64,000 bases of DNA, from the IMG/VR virus record IMGVR_UViG_3300025874_000006, positions 10,352-74,351 of that record, one strand, 5' to 3'. Source of the stretch: a virus. This document shows positions 8,523-17,784 of this stretch, piece by piece; position 1 is the stretch's first letter, and every line of letters begins with the position of its first letter. The translations under genes and the position numbers were made by a program. The notes under the pieces were generated by a model that did no database searches, was not told the DNA's origin, and saw only the letters and a program-made list of their open reading frames with translations.

Positions 8523-8730
8523 AATTTTCTCTCTCAACTCAATTTGTACAGACATTATACTTGTTTGTGAAACGAAAGTCAAGGTGTTTGATAGATTATT
8601 TGGTTATATAAAGCGGATAACTATGACATATTGATATAAAAACGGGGATAATAATGCTATAAATGGCTTGTGTTTTCAAAAGAAGTATGAGATAATGTCT
8701 GTACAAATTGAGTTGAGAGAGAAAATTATG
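8520..8730. repeat. Perfect 39-bp inverted repeat (8520-8558 / 8692-8730) enclosing divergent promoters
   Basis: ATAATGTCTGTACAAATTGAGTTGAGAGAGAAAATTATG occurs on both strands. Left promoter TTGACT-17-TATAAT (8554-8582, minus); right promoter TTGTGT-17-GATAAT (8668-8696, plus). Confidence 0.95.
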
Positions 8731-8871
8731 TATATAGTCCGAAACATGATCAATGACCAAAGAGTTAACAACATGACCTTTGAGACAATCACTGCCGCAT
8801 TGCAGTGGAGAATGAGTATGGGACGCACCTTCATGGGTGAGACTTGGATTGACTTTGCGGAGGCAAAATAA
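8728..8871 (+). CDS. Hypothetical 47-aa protein (start MYIVRN)
   Basis: ATG lies at the end of the right repeat. Confidence 0.6.
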   Translation: MYIVRNMINDQRVNNMTFETITAALQWRMSMGRTFMGETWIDFAEAK

Positions 8872-9008
8872 TGAACCACGAAATTGCTGATCTAATGAAT
8901 GACCTTGTAATGCTAATCGAAGCACAAGAGTGTTACAATGAGACGTACTACAACAGTGAGTACAATCGAATCACCAATCGTATTGCTGAGTTAGGAGGTA
9001 TCAAATGA
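8871..9008 (+). CDS. Hypothetical 45-aa protein (MNHEIADLMNDL...)
   Basis: GGAGG RBS; TAATG and ATGA coupling to its neighbours. Confidence 0.65.
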   Translation: MNHEIADLMNDLVMLIEAQECYNETYYNSEYNRITNRIAELGGIK

Positions 9009-9319
9009 ATAAAGTTACCGTGATACACCAAGCGTTCGAGAAGACCCCTGAGATGATTGCTTACGTTAATGTGGGTGACCGTACGGGTGACATCGCCCTT
9101 GAGTATGCATACTTTCGCACACAGAACATCCAAGGTTCGTGGAGTCGTGACGACATTGAGAACAATCCGGACTACTCAGAAGATGTGACTGTGTTAGTTT
9201 CGTTACCTGTTTTCGACGGTCAAACGTATGGATTACGTTCAACGTCTATGGGAGACCAGATGTTGTTTAGTGGTAAGACTTACGAGGTCGCGATGTGCGG
9301 CTTCAAGGAAGTGTCTTAG
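9005..9319 (+). CDS. Hypothetical protein
   Basis: AGGAGG RBS; TQNIQGSWS and LRSTSMGD motifs. Confidence 0.7.
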   Translation: MNKVTVIHQAFEKTPEMIAYVNVGDRTGDIALEYAYFRTQNIQGSWSRDDIENNPDYSEDVTVLVSLPVFDGQTYGLRSTSMGDQMLFSGKTYEVAMCGFKEVS

Positions 9320-9732
9320 TCTTTAGGTAGATGCTTCGCGTGGATTTTGCAACCGATGAATGCGTTGTAGAATTCCTCGCGAAGTAGTACGTCATGTTCG
9401 AACTGCAACTTTGCTTCGTAGTATGAACATTCCCCTTTGGTGCGGCAGAGTTTCAGGATCTCTCTCTTGAAACTCTCTGCACCTTTCTCTTCAACTAGGG
9501 ATTTCACTTGTTCGCTTGAACCAAAGTACTTCTTCCAGTCAGACACTACTCGCGTCTTTACCTTACGCTTTCGTGTCTTCGTCACTGGCAGTGTTTTAGG
9601 TTTCCAAAAGAATTTCTTACCGATATACTTCTTGCCCGTGTCGAGCTCAGTAACCATGTAAACGAAACCCTGATAGTCTTCGAGAAAAGACTCATCAGGG
9701 TCAAAGGGGGTATTTTCGAATGTCCATTCCAT
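9316..9732 (-). CDS. GIY-YIG endonuclease (T4 DenA/EndoII-like)
   Basis: GFVY...KKYIGKK, SDWKKYFGSS, F.REIL, YN; late-like TATAAGTA at 9738-9745. Confidence 0.85.
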   Translation of the reverse strand: MEWTFENTPFDPDESFLEDYQGFVYMVTELDTGKKYIGKKFFWKPKTLPVTKTRKRKVKTRVVSDWKKYFGSSEQVKSLVEEKGAESFKREILKLCRTKGECSYYEAKLQFEHDVLLREEFYNAFIGCKIHAKHLPKD

Positions 9733-9756
9733 ACACTTACTTATATGGTGGTTAAC

Positions 9757-9897
9757 TCACTCTTCTTCGTATGTAGGTTCCGCATCCGCATCTGCACTAC
9801 ACATTGGGCAGTGTCGCGGTATCTCATCTTCGTAGGGTACCCTTACTATTGATAGAATGTCGCATATAGGACACTCAATCAGATATTCGTTTTCCAT
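9757..9897 (-). CDS. Small zinc-ribbon protein, 46 aa
   Basis: CPIC...CPMC; GAGGTG RBS; TAATG coupled to nrdB. Confidence 0.65.
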   Translation of the reverse strand: MENEYLIECPICDILSIVRVPYEDEIPRHCPMCSADADAEPTYEEE

Positions 9898-10871
9898 TAG
9901 GCCACCTCTTGTTCCAACTCGTCCCAACCGTAGTCTTCGCCTTCCATACCGACCACTGAATATTCGGTCACACGTTTCTCAAAGAAGTTGTCGTGTGATG
10001 CTCCGTTCAGTACCCAGTCCAACCACGGTAGTGGGTTATTCTTTTGTTTGAACAGTGGTTTCATACCCAACTGAAGTAGACGGCGGTCAGCAATGTGACG
10101 GATGTAGTCGCGAACTTCTTTCTTGGTTAGGCCCTGTACACTGTTACCTTTAAACGCAAGTTGGATGAACTTGTCTTCTAGTTTGACAGCGTTCTCTGCC
10201 ATCTGGTAGATTTTAGACTTTAACTCATCATTAACAATACGTGGATGTTCATCTGTGAACTCACGGAACAACTTTGCGTTGCCCTGTACGTGAATGGTCT
10301 CATCTCGGATAGACCACTCAACAATCGTTGCCATACCCTTCATCTTTCCAAAACGTTGGAAGTTAAGTAACATGACGAATGATGCGAATACTGACATACC
10401 TTCGTTGAACACCGACTGTGCCAACGCAAGGGCAAGACCCATATGACTAGAGACGTTACCGTCCTTCATAAAGTCAATCTTATCTGCCATCTCAGAGTAT
10501 TCCAAGAACGCGTGGTAGTCTTCGTCAGGTAGACCTAGAGTGTCATTTAACAGGGCGTACGCACGTTGGTGCACCCCTTCACGGTTCGCAAACGATGCTA
10601 ACATATTGCGGACTTCGTTATTCTTGAACTTCGGTATTAGAAGTTCGTGGTAGTTCTCTCCTACCTGTACGTCCGACTGTGTGAATAGTCGCAGTACGTG
10701 TGTGATGAATAATTTTTCATCTTCTGACAATTTAGTCTTCCAGTCTTGAACATCTTCAGAGAGTTCTGCCTCATCTTCAATCCAGTGGATTTCTTCGTGC
10801 TTCTTTGTCAGTTCAACCGCCCAAGGGTACATGAACGGTTTGTAAGTTTCTGAAAGCTTTAGTAACGACAT
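9897..10871 (-). CDS. nrdB: Ribonucleotide reductase class Ia beta subunit
   Basis: FTQSD, EGVHQRAY, EGMSVFASF, RDETIH, NFFEKRVTEY. Confidence 0.97.
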   Translation of the reverse strand: MSLLKLSETYKPFMYPWAVELTKKHEEIHWIEDEAELSEDVQDWKTKLSEDEKLFITHVLRLFTQSDVQVGENYHELLIPKFKNNEVRNMLASFANREGVHQRAYALLNDTLGLPDEDYHAFLEYSEMADKIDFMKDGNVSSHMGLALALAQSVFNEGMSVFASFVMLLNFQRFGKMKGMATIVEWSIRDETIHVQGNAKLFREFTDEHPRIVNDELKSKIYQMAENAVKLEDKFIQLAFKGNSVQGLTKKEVRDYIRHIADRRLLQLGMKPLFKQKNNPLPWLDWVLNGASHDNFFEKRVTEYSVVGMEGEDYGWDELEQEVA

Positions 10872-10912
10872 AATAGACCTTTTATAATAATTTGTATGTA
10901 GGCAATCTGCCC

Positions 10913-12913
10913 CTATCCTTCACAAGCTCGACACTCATCTCCATCATTTCCAACAGCATTTAAACTGATATCTGTCTTCAACTGAATCATAAGGTCTTCA
11001 TAACCACCAATATATCTACCTTCTATGTAAATCTGTGGAACTGTCTTAACATCCTTTCGTCCAGTTACTTCTGCGGCAGTCTTCTTTATCACATCAAGGT
11101 CGATGTAATCAAAAACAACTCCCTGCAACTCTAACTCTTCGATTGCCTTGACACACCACGGGCAGTTAGATTTACCATAGATTATCGTCCGGTTGTCGTC
11201 TGCCAATGCAACTCGTTCGACTTTGTCGGATACCGTCTCCGCACGAGAACTCGCCTCGGTACGCAAATAGTATAGACCTTTCAATCCGTTCTTCCACGCG
11301 CTGAAGTGCACCTTATTGACATATGCCTTAGGTGTGCCCGATGGGAAGAATAGATTGACTGACTGACCTTGACAAATAAATGGTTGTCGTTCGGCCGCAT
11401 GAGTCACCACCCAATTCTGGTCTAGTTCTTGCGCGGTCTTGTATATCGCCTTCTCCCCTTCGTTGAGGAAGGGTAGGTGTTGCACCGACCCCTTTTTGGT
11501 GATAATACTAGTCCACGTAGATTCGTTATCTTGACCCTTCTCTTTGAGGAGTTGGGTCAGATAAACGTTCTTCACTAGGAACGAACCAGCACGAGTTCTA
11601 TGCGTATAAGCACATGCCTTCAGTGGTTCGATAGATGGTGATGTAGATAAAATGACTCCCGACGACGCGTTAGGTGCTATTGCTATTAAATGCGCATTAC
11701 GCATTTCTGAACCTAAACCGTCTGAGTATTCACCTCGCTCTTTCGCAAGGAGCCGTGACTCTTCTACAGCTTGTCTATTGATGTTCTCAAAGACAACCTT
11801 ATTTATCTCTCGGGCTTTATCAGATTCCCAAGCGACAGAGTGCTTTTGTAAGAGTGAATGGAATCCCATTGCACCCAAACCAATTGATCTTTCACGTTCC
11901 GCAGAGTATCTTGCTCTGGAGATGCTGTCCGGTGCGTTCTCAATAAAGTACTCAAGAACGTTGTCCAACATGCGAATCAAGTCTCGCACAATGTTGGTAT
12001 CCTTCCACTCATCGTAGTATTCTAGATTGAGTGAGGAGAGACAACATACCGCAGTTCTATCTGGCCCTGTCGGTAAGTGAATTTCATTACATAAGTTTGA
12101 CCCGTGAATCTTTAGTCCCTTATCCTTCAGAGGTTGGGGGAGCCCTCGATTCGCGGCATCAATAAAGTTTAAGTACGGTTCACCCGTACGGAACCGAACC
12201 TCAAGGATTCGTTCCCATAACTTACGTGCATCTACAGAATCTTTAACTGCACCGTCCTTCGGGTCACGTAAGTCGAATTTTTTGTTGTTTATAACCGCAG
12301 TCATAAACTCATCGGATATATTTATAGCATTGTGAATGTTCAGAGCTTTCCGTTGAACATCACCTGTCGGTATACGGATATTTAGGAATTCTATAATGTC
12401 TGGATGGCTTATGTCTAGGTATGCTGCATATGACCCCTTACGCGTCTTACCCTGACGATAAGCAATCATGTCGGCATCTACAGTGTGTAAGAACGGAATC
12501 GGGCCAGGCGCAATGTCAGAGACCGTACGAACGTCCGACCAATGGCCACCTACACCACCACCCATAACGGACAACCATCGCAGTTCCGAAGAGTGCTCGA
12601 TAAGTCCCTCTAGAGTATCTGGTACATAAGTAAGGAAACATGAAATGGGCAATCCCTTCCCCTTGCCTTCAGCTGAAGGTGCGTTTGACAGTACTGGTGA
12701 TGCAAACATGAACCATTTCTTGGAAACATATTCGTACAGTCTTCGTGCTAGGACTTCATCCAGTTGTCCTTTGTACATCGACCATGCGGTTGATGCTCTT
12801 GCATATGCGTCTTGTGGCGAATCTTCACCTTCTACCATATAGAAGTCTTTTAACATACCTACTGCATAATCAGTAAGTAAGTCATCTCTATCATATTTCA
12901 CTTCGACTGTCAT
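10913..12913 (-). CDS. nrdA: Ribonucleotide reductase class Ia alpha subunit with internal glutaredoxin domain
   Basis: PISCF, SNLCNEI, AVCCLSS, IAPNASS, KGLYYLR, glutaredoxin CPWC/TVPQI/IGG, terminal CRACEG. Confidence 0.97.
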   Translation of the reverse strand: MTVEVKYDRDDLLTDYAVGMLKDFYMVEGEDSPQDAYARASTAWSMYKGQLDEVLARRLYEYVSKKWFMFASPVLSNAPSAEGKGKGLPISCFLTYVPDTLEGLIEHSSELRWLSVMGGGVGGHWSDVRTVSDIAPGPIPFLHTVDADMIAYRQGKTRKGSYAAYLDISHPDIIEFLNIRIPTGDVQRKALNIHNAINISDEFMTAVINNKKFDLRDPKDGAVKDSVDARKLWERILEVRFRTGEPYLNFIDAANRGLPQPLKDKGLKIHGSNLCNEIHLPTGPDRTAVCCLSSLNLEYYDEWKDTNIVRDLIRMLDNVLEYFIENAPDSISRARYSAERERSIGLGAMGFHSLLQKHSVAWESDKAREINKVVFENINRQAVEESRLLAKERGEYSDGLGSEMRNAHLIAIAPNASSGVILSTSPSIEPLKACAYTHRTRAGSFLVKNVYLTQLLKEKGQDNESTWTSIITKKGSVQHLPFLNEGEKAIYKTAQELDQNWVVTHAAERQPFICQGQSVNLFFPSGTPKAYVNKVHFSAWKNGLKGLYYLRTEASSRAETVSDKVERVALADDNRTIIYGKSNCPWCVKAIEELELQGVVFDYIDLDVIKKTAAEVTGRKDVKTVPQIYIEGRYIGGYEDLMIQLKTDISLNAVGNDGDECRACEG

Positions 12914-12932
12914 TAGTATTCCAAAATTTGGA

Positions 12933-13250
12933 TTATCTTCCGTTTATAGAGAGATAACCACTTTCAAGTAATTTATAAGGGAACTTACCACGAACCCCTT
13001 TATTATATTCTTCATCAGTAACGATGATGTACTCTAACAGAACCTCCCTGTCTAAGCACCGAGATTTGATATCACTCCAGTACTTATCAATATGTTTGTC
13101 CGTACCATCTGACACCACCACCACGAAAATTTCTTTCTCTTCATATGTGCAATATCGTACATTATACGCAATAAATACCTTTCTGTCAATGTCTGAGAGA
13201 ACTTTATACAAAAAAGTATTGTCCTTCATATGGTTGGATAGTCCTGACAT
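12933..13250 (-). CDS. Hypothetical protein
   Basis: Operonic ORF. Confidence 0.55.
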   Translation of the reverse strand: MSGLSNHMKDNTFLYKVLSDIDRKVFIAYNVRYCTYEEKEIFVVVVSDGTDKHIDKYWSDIKSRCLDREVLLEYIIVTDEEYNKGVRGKFPYKLLESGYLSINGR

Positions 13251-13256
13251 GGTTAC

Positions 13257-13607
13257 CTATTTGCTGTAGTCATAAAAGGGTTCATCTTCTTCGTACTCAT
13301 AGTCTTCGATGAGCATCTGTTTACCTGTCTCCCAGAACTTCTTACAACACTTCTCTATGTATTCTTCCTGTTTTTCGGAGTCAAAGAGGCCTTCCCACAT
13401 CAGATGATTATCGAATGGGTTCTCTGGATTTTTTACTAGGAATCTTTCTTTGGACATTCTGTCAAAAACGGAGTAACCTTGCATAGCAACATAGATTACA
13501 TTACTCTCACAGAATTGGTGTGGAACGAGTTCTTCGACAACTTCTTCGACATCATTCATCTTTTCGAGAATGACTATCGTGTAGTCAGCATGGTGCAGTA
13601 ATTTCAT
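13257..13607 (-). CDS. Hypothetical protein
   Basis: Follows an early-type promoter at about 13633-13661. Confidence 0.6.
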   Translation of the reverse strand: MKLLHHADYTIVILEKMNDVEEVVEELVPHQFCESNVIYVAMQGYSVFDRMSKERFLVKNPENPFDNHLMWEGLFDSEKQEEYIEKCCKKFWETGKQMLIEDYEYEEDEPFYDYSK

Positions 13608-13670
13608 AACATAATCCTTATCTAAGGTGTAGGATTATATAGTATTTAAACTACTTTGTAAAGGGCTTAA

Positions 13671-13853
13671 TTAAAATTTATCTGGAAATATTCTTTTGAG
13701 TACTGCCGCAGCATCTTTGCGTTTCTTCTTGCGGTCATGTTTTTTACGTACTATGACAGTCTGGTCTGGATTATCACCGGCACCAGCAACACCTTTGGTA
13801 GTATTGGCAATTTCTTCGTCAAACTGTTTCATGAATTCTTCGTATGTTTTCAT
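13671..13853 (-). CDS. Putative internal head protein
   Basis: MKTYEEFMKQFDEE resembles the T4 internal-protein capsid-targeting sequence. Confidence 0.6.
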   Translation of the reverse strand: MKTYEEFMKQFDEEIANTTKGVAGAGDNPDQTVIVRKKHDRKKKRKDAAAVLKRIFPDKF

Positions 13854-14443
13854 TTCATTATCTCGTTGGCAGAGAATAGAACACGTCTGCCTGTTCGTAA
13901 GTGGGTTCCTTCGAAAATTGAGATGCCCAAGATGTCATGGGATAGACTGTCCTCTGCGATGCGGATTTGGTCACCCTTACGTACTAGTTCGTCCGCAGAG
14001 TCCGTCATAGAGTCATTACGCATACGATAGACCCCTTGACCAACAGACCCGTTCTCCAATACGTACCATTGGGAACTCTCCATGAGAACATCCAAGATGT
14101 CAATACCTGACGCCTCATGAATCTTCTGGATATTAGAATCGGAAAGGTCTCCGTGTTCCTTAATCAATGCAAGTGCGGCACCATATCGTGCGACTACCGA
14201 AGAACCACCAGGCGCCTTAGCCATAATCTTCTTGAGGTTAAATACTAGACGATGGAACGATGTATAGTGGTCACGGTATGCTTCTCGGTCATCCATTTTG
14301 TCCATAGAGAAGTCTGGATTTTTCTTACCGTCCTTATCAATGATACCAGCTTTGAACGCACCTGTATCCTCGAACTTAGTAACGAGTAGTTTTAAAAATC
14401 TAATTGTGTAGACTACGTCTGCAGCTGACTTTAGGATGCCCAT
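13850..14443 (-). CDS. Conserved T4-like late protein
   Basis: YTIRFLKLL, GIIDKDG, FHRLVFNLKK, YGAALALIKE. Confidence 0.7.
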   Translation of the reverse strand: MGILKSAADVVYTIRFLKLLVTKFEDTGAFKAGIIDKDGKKNPDFSMDKMDDREAYRDHYTSFHRLVFNLKKIMAKAPGGSSVVARYGAALALIKEHGDLSDSNIQKIHEASGIDILDVLMESSQWYVLENGSVGQGVYRMRNDSMTDSADELVRKGDQIRIAEDSLSHDILGISIFEGTHLRTGRRVLFSANEIMK

Positions 14444-14820
14444 CTTATTTCTCTCAATTTCTCTACTACGTATTTATCCATTTCGATACCTGTAATGTCA
14501 TCATTTTTTATCGCTTGAAGAAAAACAAGGAATGGTTTGATTGTTGGCCACTGGTCTAGTGGTACTTTTAACGCTAACATCTCCACCCCCGCCTCATATC
14601 CGAACACATTGAATATCACAATTAGGTGGTTTAGGATGAGACGCTCAGCGAGGTCACCGCTTTGGTGGTACCTATTAATAAGTCTCTTCACATACTTGAA
14701 TCGTTTGAGGTCGTCAAAAAACTCTTCCCCATCAATATGCGTAGGGTTGTAATAATGTTTTGCAGCGTACACAATAAGGTTATTTTTGTTCAACTTCATA
14801 GTATGGGTCTTTAAACTCAT
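14431..14820 (-). CDS. Conserved T4-like hypothetical protein
   Basis: YAAKHYYNP..EEFFDDLKRFKYVKRL, ERLILNH. Confidence 0.75.
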   Translation of the reverse strand: MSLKTHTMKLNKNNLIVYAAKHYYNPTHIDGEEFFDDLKRFKYVKRLINRYHQSGDLAERLILNHLIVIFNVFGYEAGVEMLALKVPLDQWPTIKPFLVFLQAIKNDDITGIEMDKYVVEKLREIRWAS

Positions 14821-15748
14821 TTAATGTAAAGTCCGGCAGTTCCGGTTCCATCTTATTTAGTTCTTTGATAAGAGGTTCCATCCATTCCCAATCCGGCATT
14901 TCTTTTCGTGTAACACTATATTCGTTTGAGATGTATATGTAACTGTACTTAGGATTTTCATTACGTATCTGCATATCTAGTTTGCCTTCGTGGGCAAGCT
15001 TCTTTAATAGATGGAACTGTACGATATCTTCCCCGACAACAAGGTTTGGGTTGTAGTTCATCATAGTAGCAGCTTTACGAGAGAAGAACACTAAACGATT
15101 TAGAGTATTGCGTCGGTCACCATGACGTATCGCAAAGTCATGAAGATATACCTTGTTCTCTAACCAGCGCCGAGCATCCTCTTTAGATAATGTCCCCTCA
15201 CAATATCTGACCAAACTATTAACCCCATCTTCCGTCACTCTGGATTTATATTTACGGACACCCTGTGCGTCTATCGCATGAGAAAACCCTGGCCGATAAC
15301 TAGGAGGAATAAACATATGTTTCCTAACGACAGTTTGAGAATCTACTTGTTTTCTAAACAGGTCTAAGAAACCCTCTTGATAATTTTGGACGCATAACTG
15401 ATTGTACAGACACACAACATCTGGAGGAGTTTCTTGATAGGCAGTGGTTCGGTAGAGGTTTCTACCATAGGGAGTGATGAGGTCATCTCCGTCGACATGT
15501 ACCATATACTCGTTGTCACTCTCTAGAAAGAGTTTCAGTACAGAGTTCTTACCTGTAGCGGGAGTACCATCGGATTCGGTGATATGATATTCAATATCGT
15601 TAGACGCACAAAACCCCGCAGCCTCATCAGAGTACCCTTTATTCAAGGTATTGATTACGACTACGGTTTCGTTAGATTTTAGAGTTTCAAATTGTCGAGC
15701 GAGAGCATTAAGAGACCCGCTCGTCAAGACATAATATTTAAAGGACAT
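14780..15748 (-). CDS. GT-A fold glycosyltransferase-like protein
   Basis: ESDGTPATGKNS, MVHVDGDD, GED. Confidence 0.6.
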   Translation of the reverse strand: MSFKYYVLTSGSLNALARQFETLKSNETVVVINTLNKGYSDEAAGFCASNDIEYHITESDGTPATGKNSVLKLFLESDNEYMVHVDGDDLITPYGRNLYRTTAYQETPPDVVCLYNQLCVQNYQEGFLDLFRKQVDSQTVVRKHMFIPPSYRPGFSHAIDAQGVRKYKSRVTEDGVNSLVRYCEGTLSKEDARRWLENKVYLHDFAIRHGDRRNTLNRLVFFSRKAATMMNYNPNLVVGEDIVQFHLLKKLAHEGKLDMQIRNENPKYSYIYISNEYSVTRKEMPDWEWMEPLIKELNKMEPELPDFTLNEFKDPYYEVEQK

Positions 15749-15751
15749 GGG

Positions 15752-15973
15752 TTATCCGTGGTGGATTCCAGCTTCCTTCAGTTTCGCAACCAGTACGGAC
15801 TTTCTGCGGCGGCGGTCTAATCGTACACCGTTCGCTGCACCTAGTTCATCTAGTTCACGTTTAGTCATATCTTCTATCATCTGAAGTGGCGTTACTGCCG
15901 GAGACCTAACAACTTCGTTTGGAGGGTCTTGACGGAACAGGTTCATTACGTAGTGAAAGATAGTAGACATCAT
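15752..15973 (-). CDS. Small protein with Rho-N/HeH-like motif
   Basis: MTKRELDELG..GVRLDRRRRKS. Confidence 0.55.
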   Translation of the reverse strand: MMSTIFHYVMNLFRQDPPNEVVRSPAVTPLQMIEDMTKRELDELGAANGVRLDRRRRKSVLVAKLKEAGIHHG

Positions 15974-15987
15974 AATTTAATCCTCAA

Positions 15988-16731
15988 TCATTTATTTTTT
16001 GGTGGAGTCTTATCACCGTTCTTTAGATTGTCAGCGCCACTTCGAGCAGGAGATTGTTTCATATCCTTACCGCCCGCTTTAAAAGTAACATCGTGACCTT
16101 CTTCTTCTTGGTCTTCGATCTTCTTATCAGACTTCTTGTGCATATCAATGACTTTCTTATCGTGTTCAGAAGAATGGTCATCATACTTCTCACCATCTGC
16201 TGCGATTTTCTTAGGGTCATTTTTTGCTTCAACAATCTCAGTCCACATCTTTTCAAACGCAGAACGAGTGTCCACACTTTCAATCTTAGAGATCTCTGCT
16301 TTCTTATCAGCAGTCTTAGGATTCTTTTTGATATCAGAGTCACCATCAGCTTCTGGTTCTACTTCTGGTTCTTCTTCATCTTTTTTCTTAGGTGGGAAAG
16401 GTTTCTTCTTAGACTTCTCTTCGTCTTCGTCTTCGTCTTCTTCTTTCTCTTCCTTAACAGCAGGTTTCTTACCACCGTCAATAGCGTCATCAGTCGCCTT
16501 ACGCTTCTTGTGAAGGTATTCATCCGAAGAATCTACGTCACCATCGTTGTCGATGTCCTTGTCCTTACGGTCTTTGAACTTCTTATCGTTCTCTGCATCG
16601 TTGACAGGGTCGAGTTTCTTCTCTTCAACTTCTTTTTTCTTCTTGTCAGTACCGCAAGATTCTGCGATTTGTTCCTGCTCGGAGACCTTCATCGACAAGT
16701 AAGCCTCCATGATTTTATTAATGTTTGACAT
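15988..16731 (-). CDS. Highly charged putative internal head/scaffold protein
   Basis: K/E/D-rich; DxDxDG loop DIDNDGDVDSSDEYL; IAE and IVE protease-type sites. Confidence 0.6.
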   Translation of the reverse strand: MSNINKIMEAYLSMKVSEQEQIAESCGTDKKKKEVEEKKLDPVNDAENDKKFKDRKDKDIDNDGDVDSSDEYLHKKRKATDDAIDGGKKPAVKEEKEEDEDEDEEKSKKKPFPPKKKDEEEPEVEPEADGDSDIKKNPKTADKKAEISKIESVDTRSAFEKMWTEIVEAKNDPKKIAADGEKYDDHSSEHDKKVIDMHKKSDKKIEDQEEEGHDVTFKAGGKDMKQSPARSGADNLKNGDKTPPKNK

Positions 16732-16752
16732 TATCAGTCTCCGTTAAATAAT

Positions 16753-17061
16753 TTATGCGTCAAAGAAAATTTTGACGACTACACCAGCAAAGACGGTTGC
16801 GGACAATGTAATAATATATTGCATCACCTTAACTGTTTTACCTTGTTCTTGAAGAGAATCTTCCATATCATCCATTCGCATGGAGAAACGATTCATTCTC
16901 TCGAAATGTTGAGAATTTGCCTTCTCTATATTGATAAGTTTTTCTTCTGCCCGTGCAAGGTCAATCATTGCATCAGAAAGTTTATCGATCTTATCTTCGA
17001 TTCTTGCGAGTCTTTGCTCTTCACGTTGCACATGGTCTATTAATGTTGAGTTATCTGCCAT
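16753..17061 (-). CDS. Coiled-coil protein with C-terminal transmembrane helix
   Basis: RLARIEDKIDKL heptads and hydrophobic tail; late promoter at 17151-17158. Confidence 0.6.
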   Translation of the reverse strand: MADNSTLIDHVQREEQRLARIEDKIDKLSDAMIDLARAEEKLINIEKANSQHFERMNRFSMRMDDMEDSLQEQGKTVKVMQYIITLSATVFAGVVVKIFFDA

Positions 17062-17150
17062 TTTCGATCATCCCATTAATGTGTATTATATAAGTCTTGT
17101 TTGATATAGTTATTATATACTGTTGACTTATTAGTTAGAAGTTACGGGTG

Positions 17151-17158
17151 TATTTATA
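17151..17158 (-). promoter_or_regulatory. T4-type late promoter TATAAATA
   Basis: Exact consensus, intergenic. Confidence 0.7.
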
Positions 17159-17166
17159 CGAATTAA

Positions 17167-17502
17167 TTACCATGCACGGCACGACCAATAACGCGCCTTC
17201 CACTTCGGGCCAGGGTCTGCACAATTGTGCCTCGCCCTGAAACTTTTTCTACGAGCAGGGTTGTCTTTCTTAATGGTCATATTCGGATCTCCGAATGAAA
17301 CCTTGACGACATTACCTGACTCGTTCTTGGTATATACGTAGAACTTCTTAGAACCACCACGTACGGGTTTATTCAGAGTAACAGTATTACCCTGATATTC
17401 TGTTTCAGTTAGTTCGAGTTCTTCGTCAAGAGACGCACATGACTCGCAACAACCTTCATCTATATACTTTTTAAATTTTTTCATCAGTGTTCCTTTATCC
17501 AA
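17167..17502 (-). CDS. Putative internal protein (DUF6321-like; likely start MKKFKK)
   Basis: KVSFGDP, RRKSFRARHNC, ARYWSCRAW; N-terminal MKKFKKYIDE. Confidence 0.7.
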   Translation of the reverse strand: MDKGTLMKKFKKYIDEGCCESCASLDEELELTETEYQGNTVTLNKPVRGGSKKFYVYTKNESGNVVKVSFGDPNMTIKKDNPARRKSFRARHNCADPGPKWKARYWSCRAW

Positions 17503-17771
17503 CGTTCGACTTCTGCCTTAGCAGTAGCAACATTCCTATATCCAGTTACGGGATATCTCGGAGTGTCTCCACTCTTATCGAAGACAGTGGGCAACACTTT
17601 CTGACTGCCATCTTTATTAAATTTCATAGAATCAGCACCAGATAAACGTATTTCATACATACCATCAGAAGTAACGTGTTTGAACACTTTCTTTTTACCA
17701 TCCCAACCGTCAGGAACTTTCTTCCATTTGATCTTGGTAGACTCTTCTAGATGTGTCTTAAAGGATTTCAT
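17484..17771 (-). CDS. Putative internal head protein
   Basis: MKSFKTHLEE N-terminus. Confidence 0.6.
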   Translation of the reverse strand: MKSFKTHLEESTKIKWKKVPDGWDGKKKVFKHVTSDGMYEIRLSGADSMKFNKDGSQKVLPTVFDKSGDTPRYPVTGYRNVATAKAEVERWIKEH

Positions 17772-17784
17772 TTTTGTACTCAGT

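Noticed and set aside
8523-8727. N-terminal extensions containing IMSVQIELREKIM on two ORFs
   Set aside because: Translation of the 39-bp inverted repeat leader; the likely starts are the ATGs at the repeat ends
16054-16728. 224-aa hydrophobic plus-strand ORF
   Set aside because: Antisense shadow of a Lys/Glu/Asp-rich gene; no RBS or promoter
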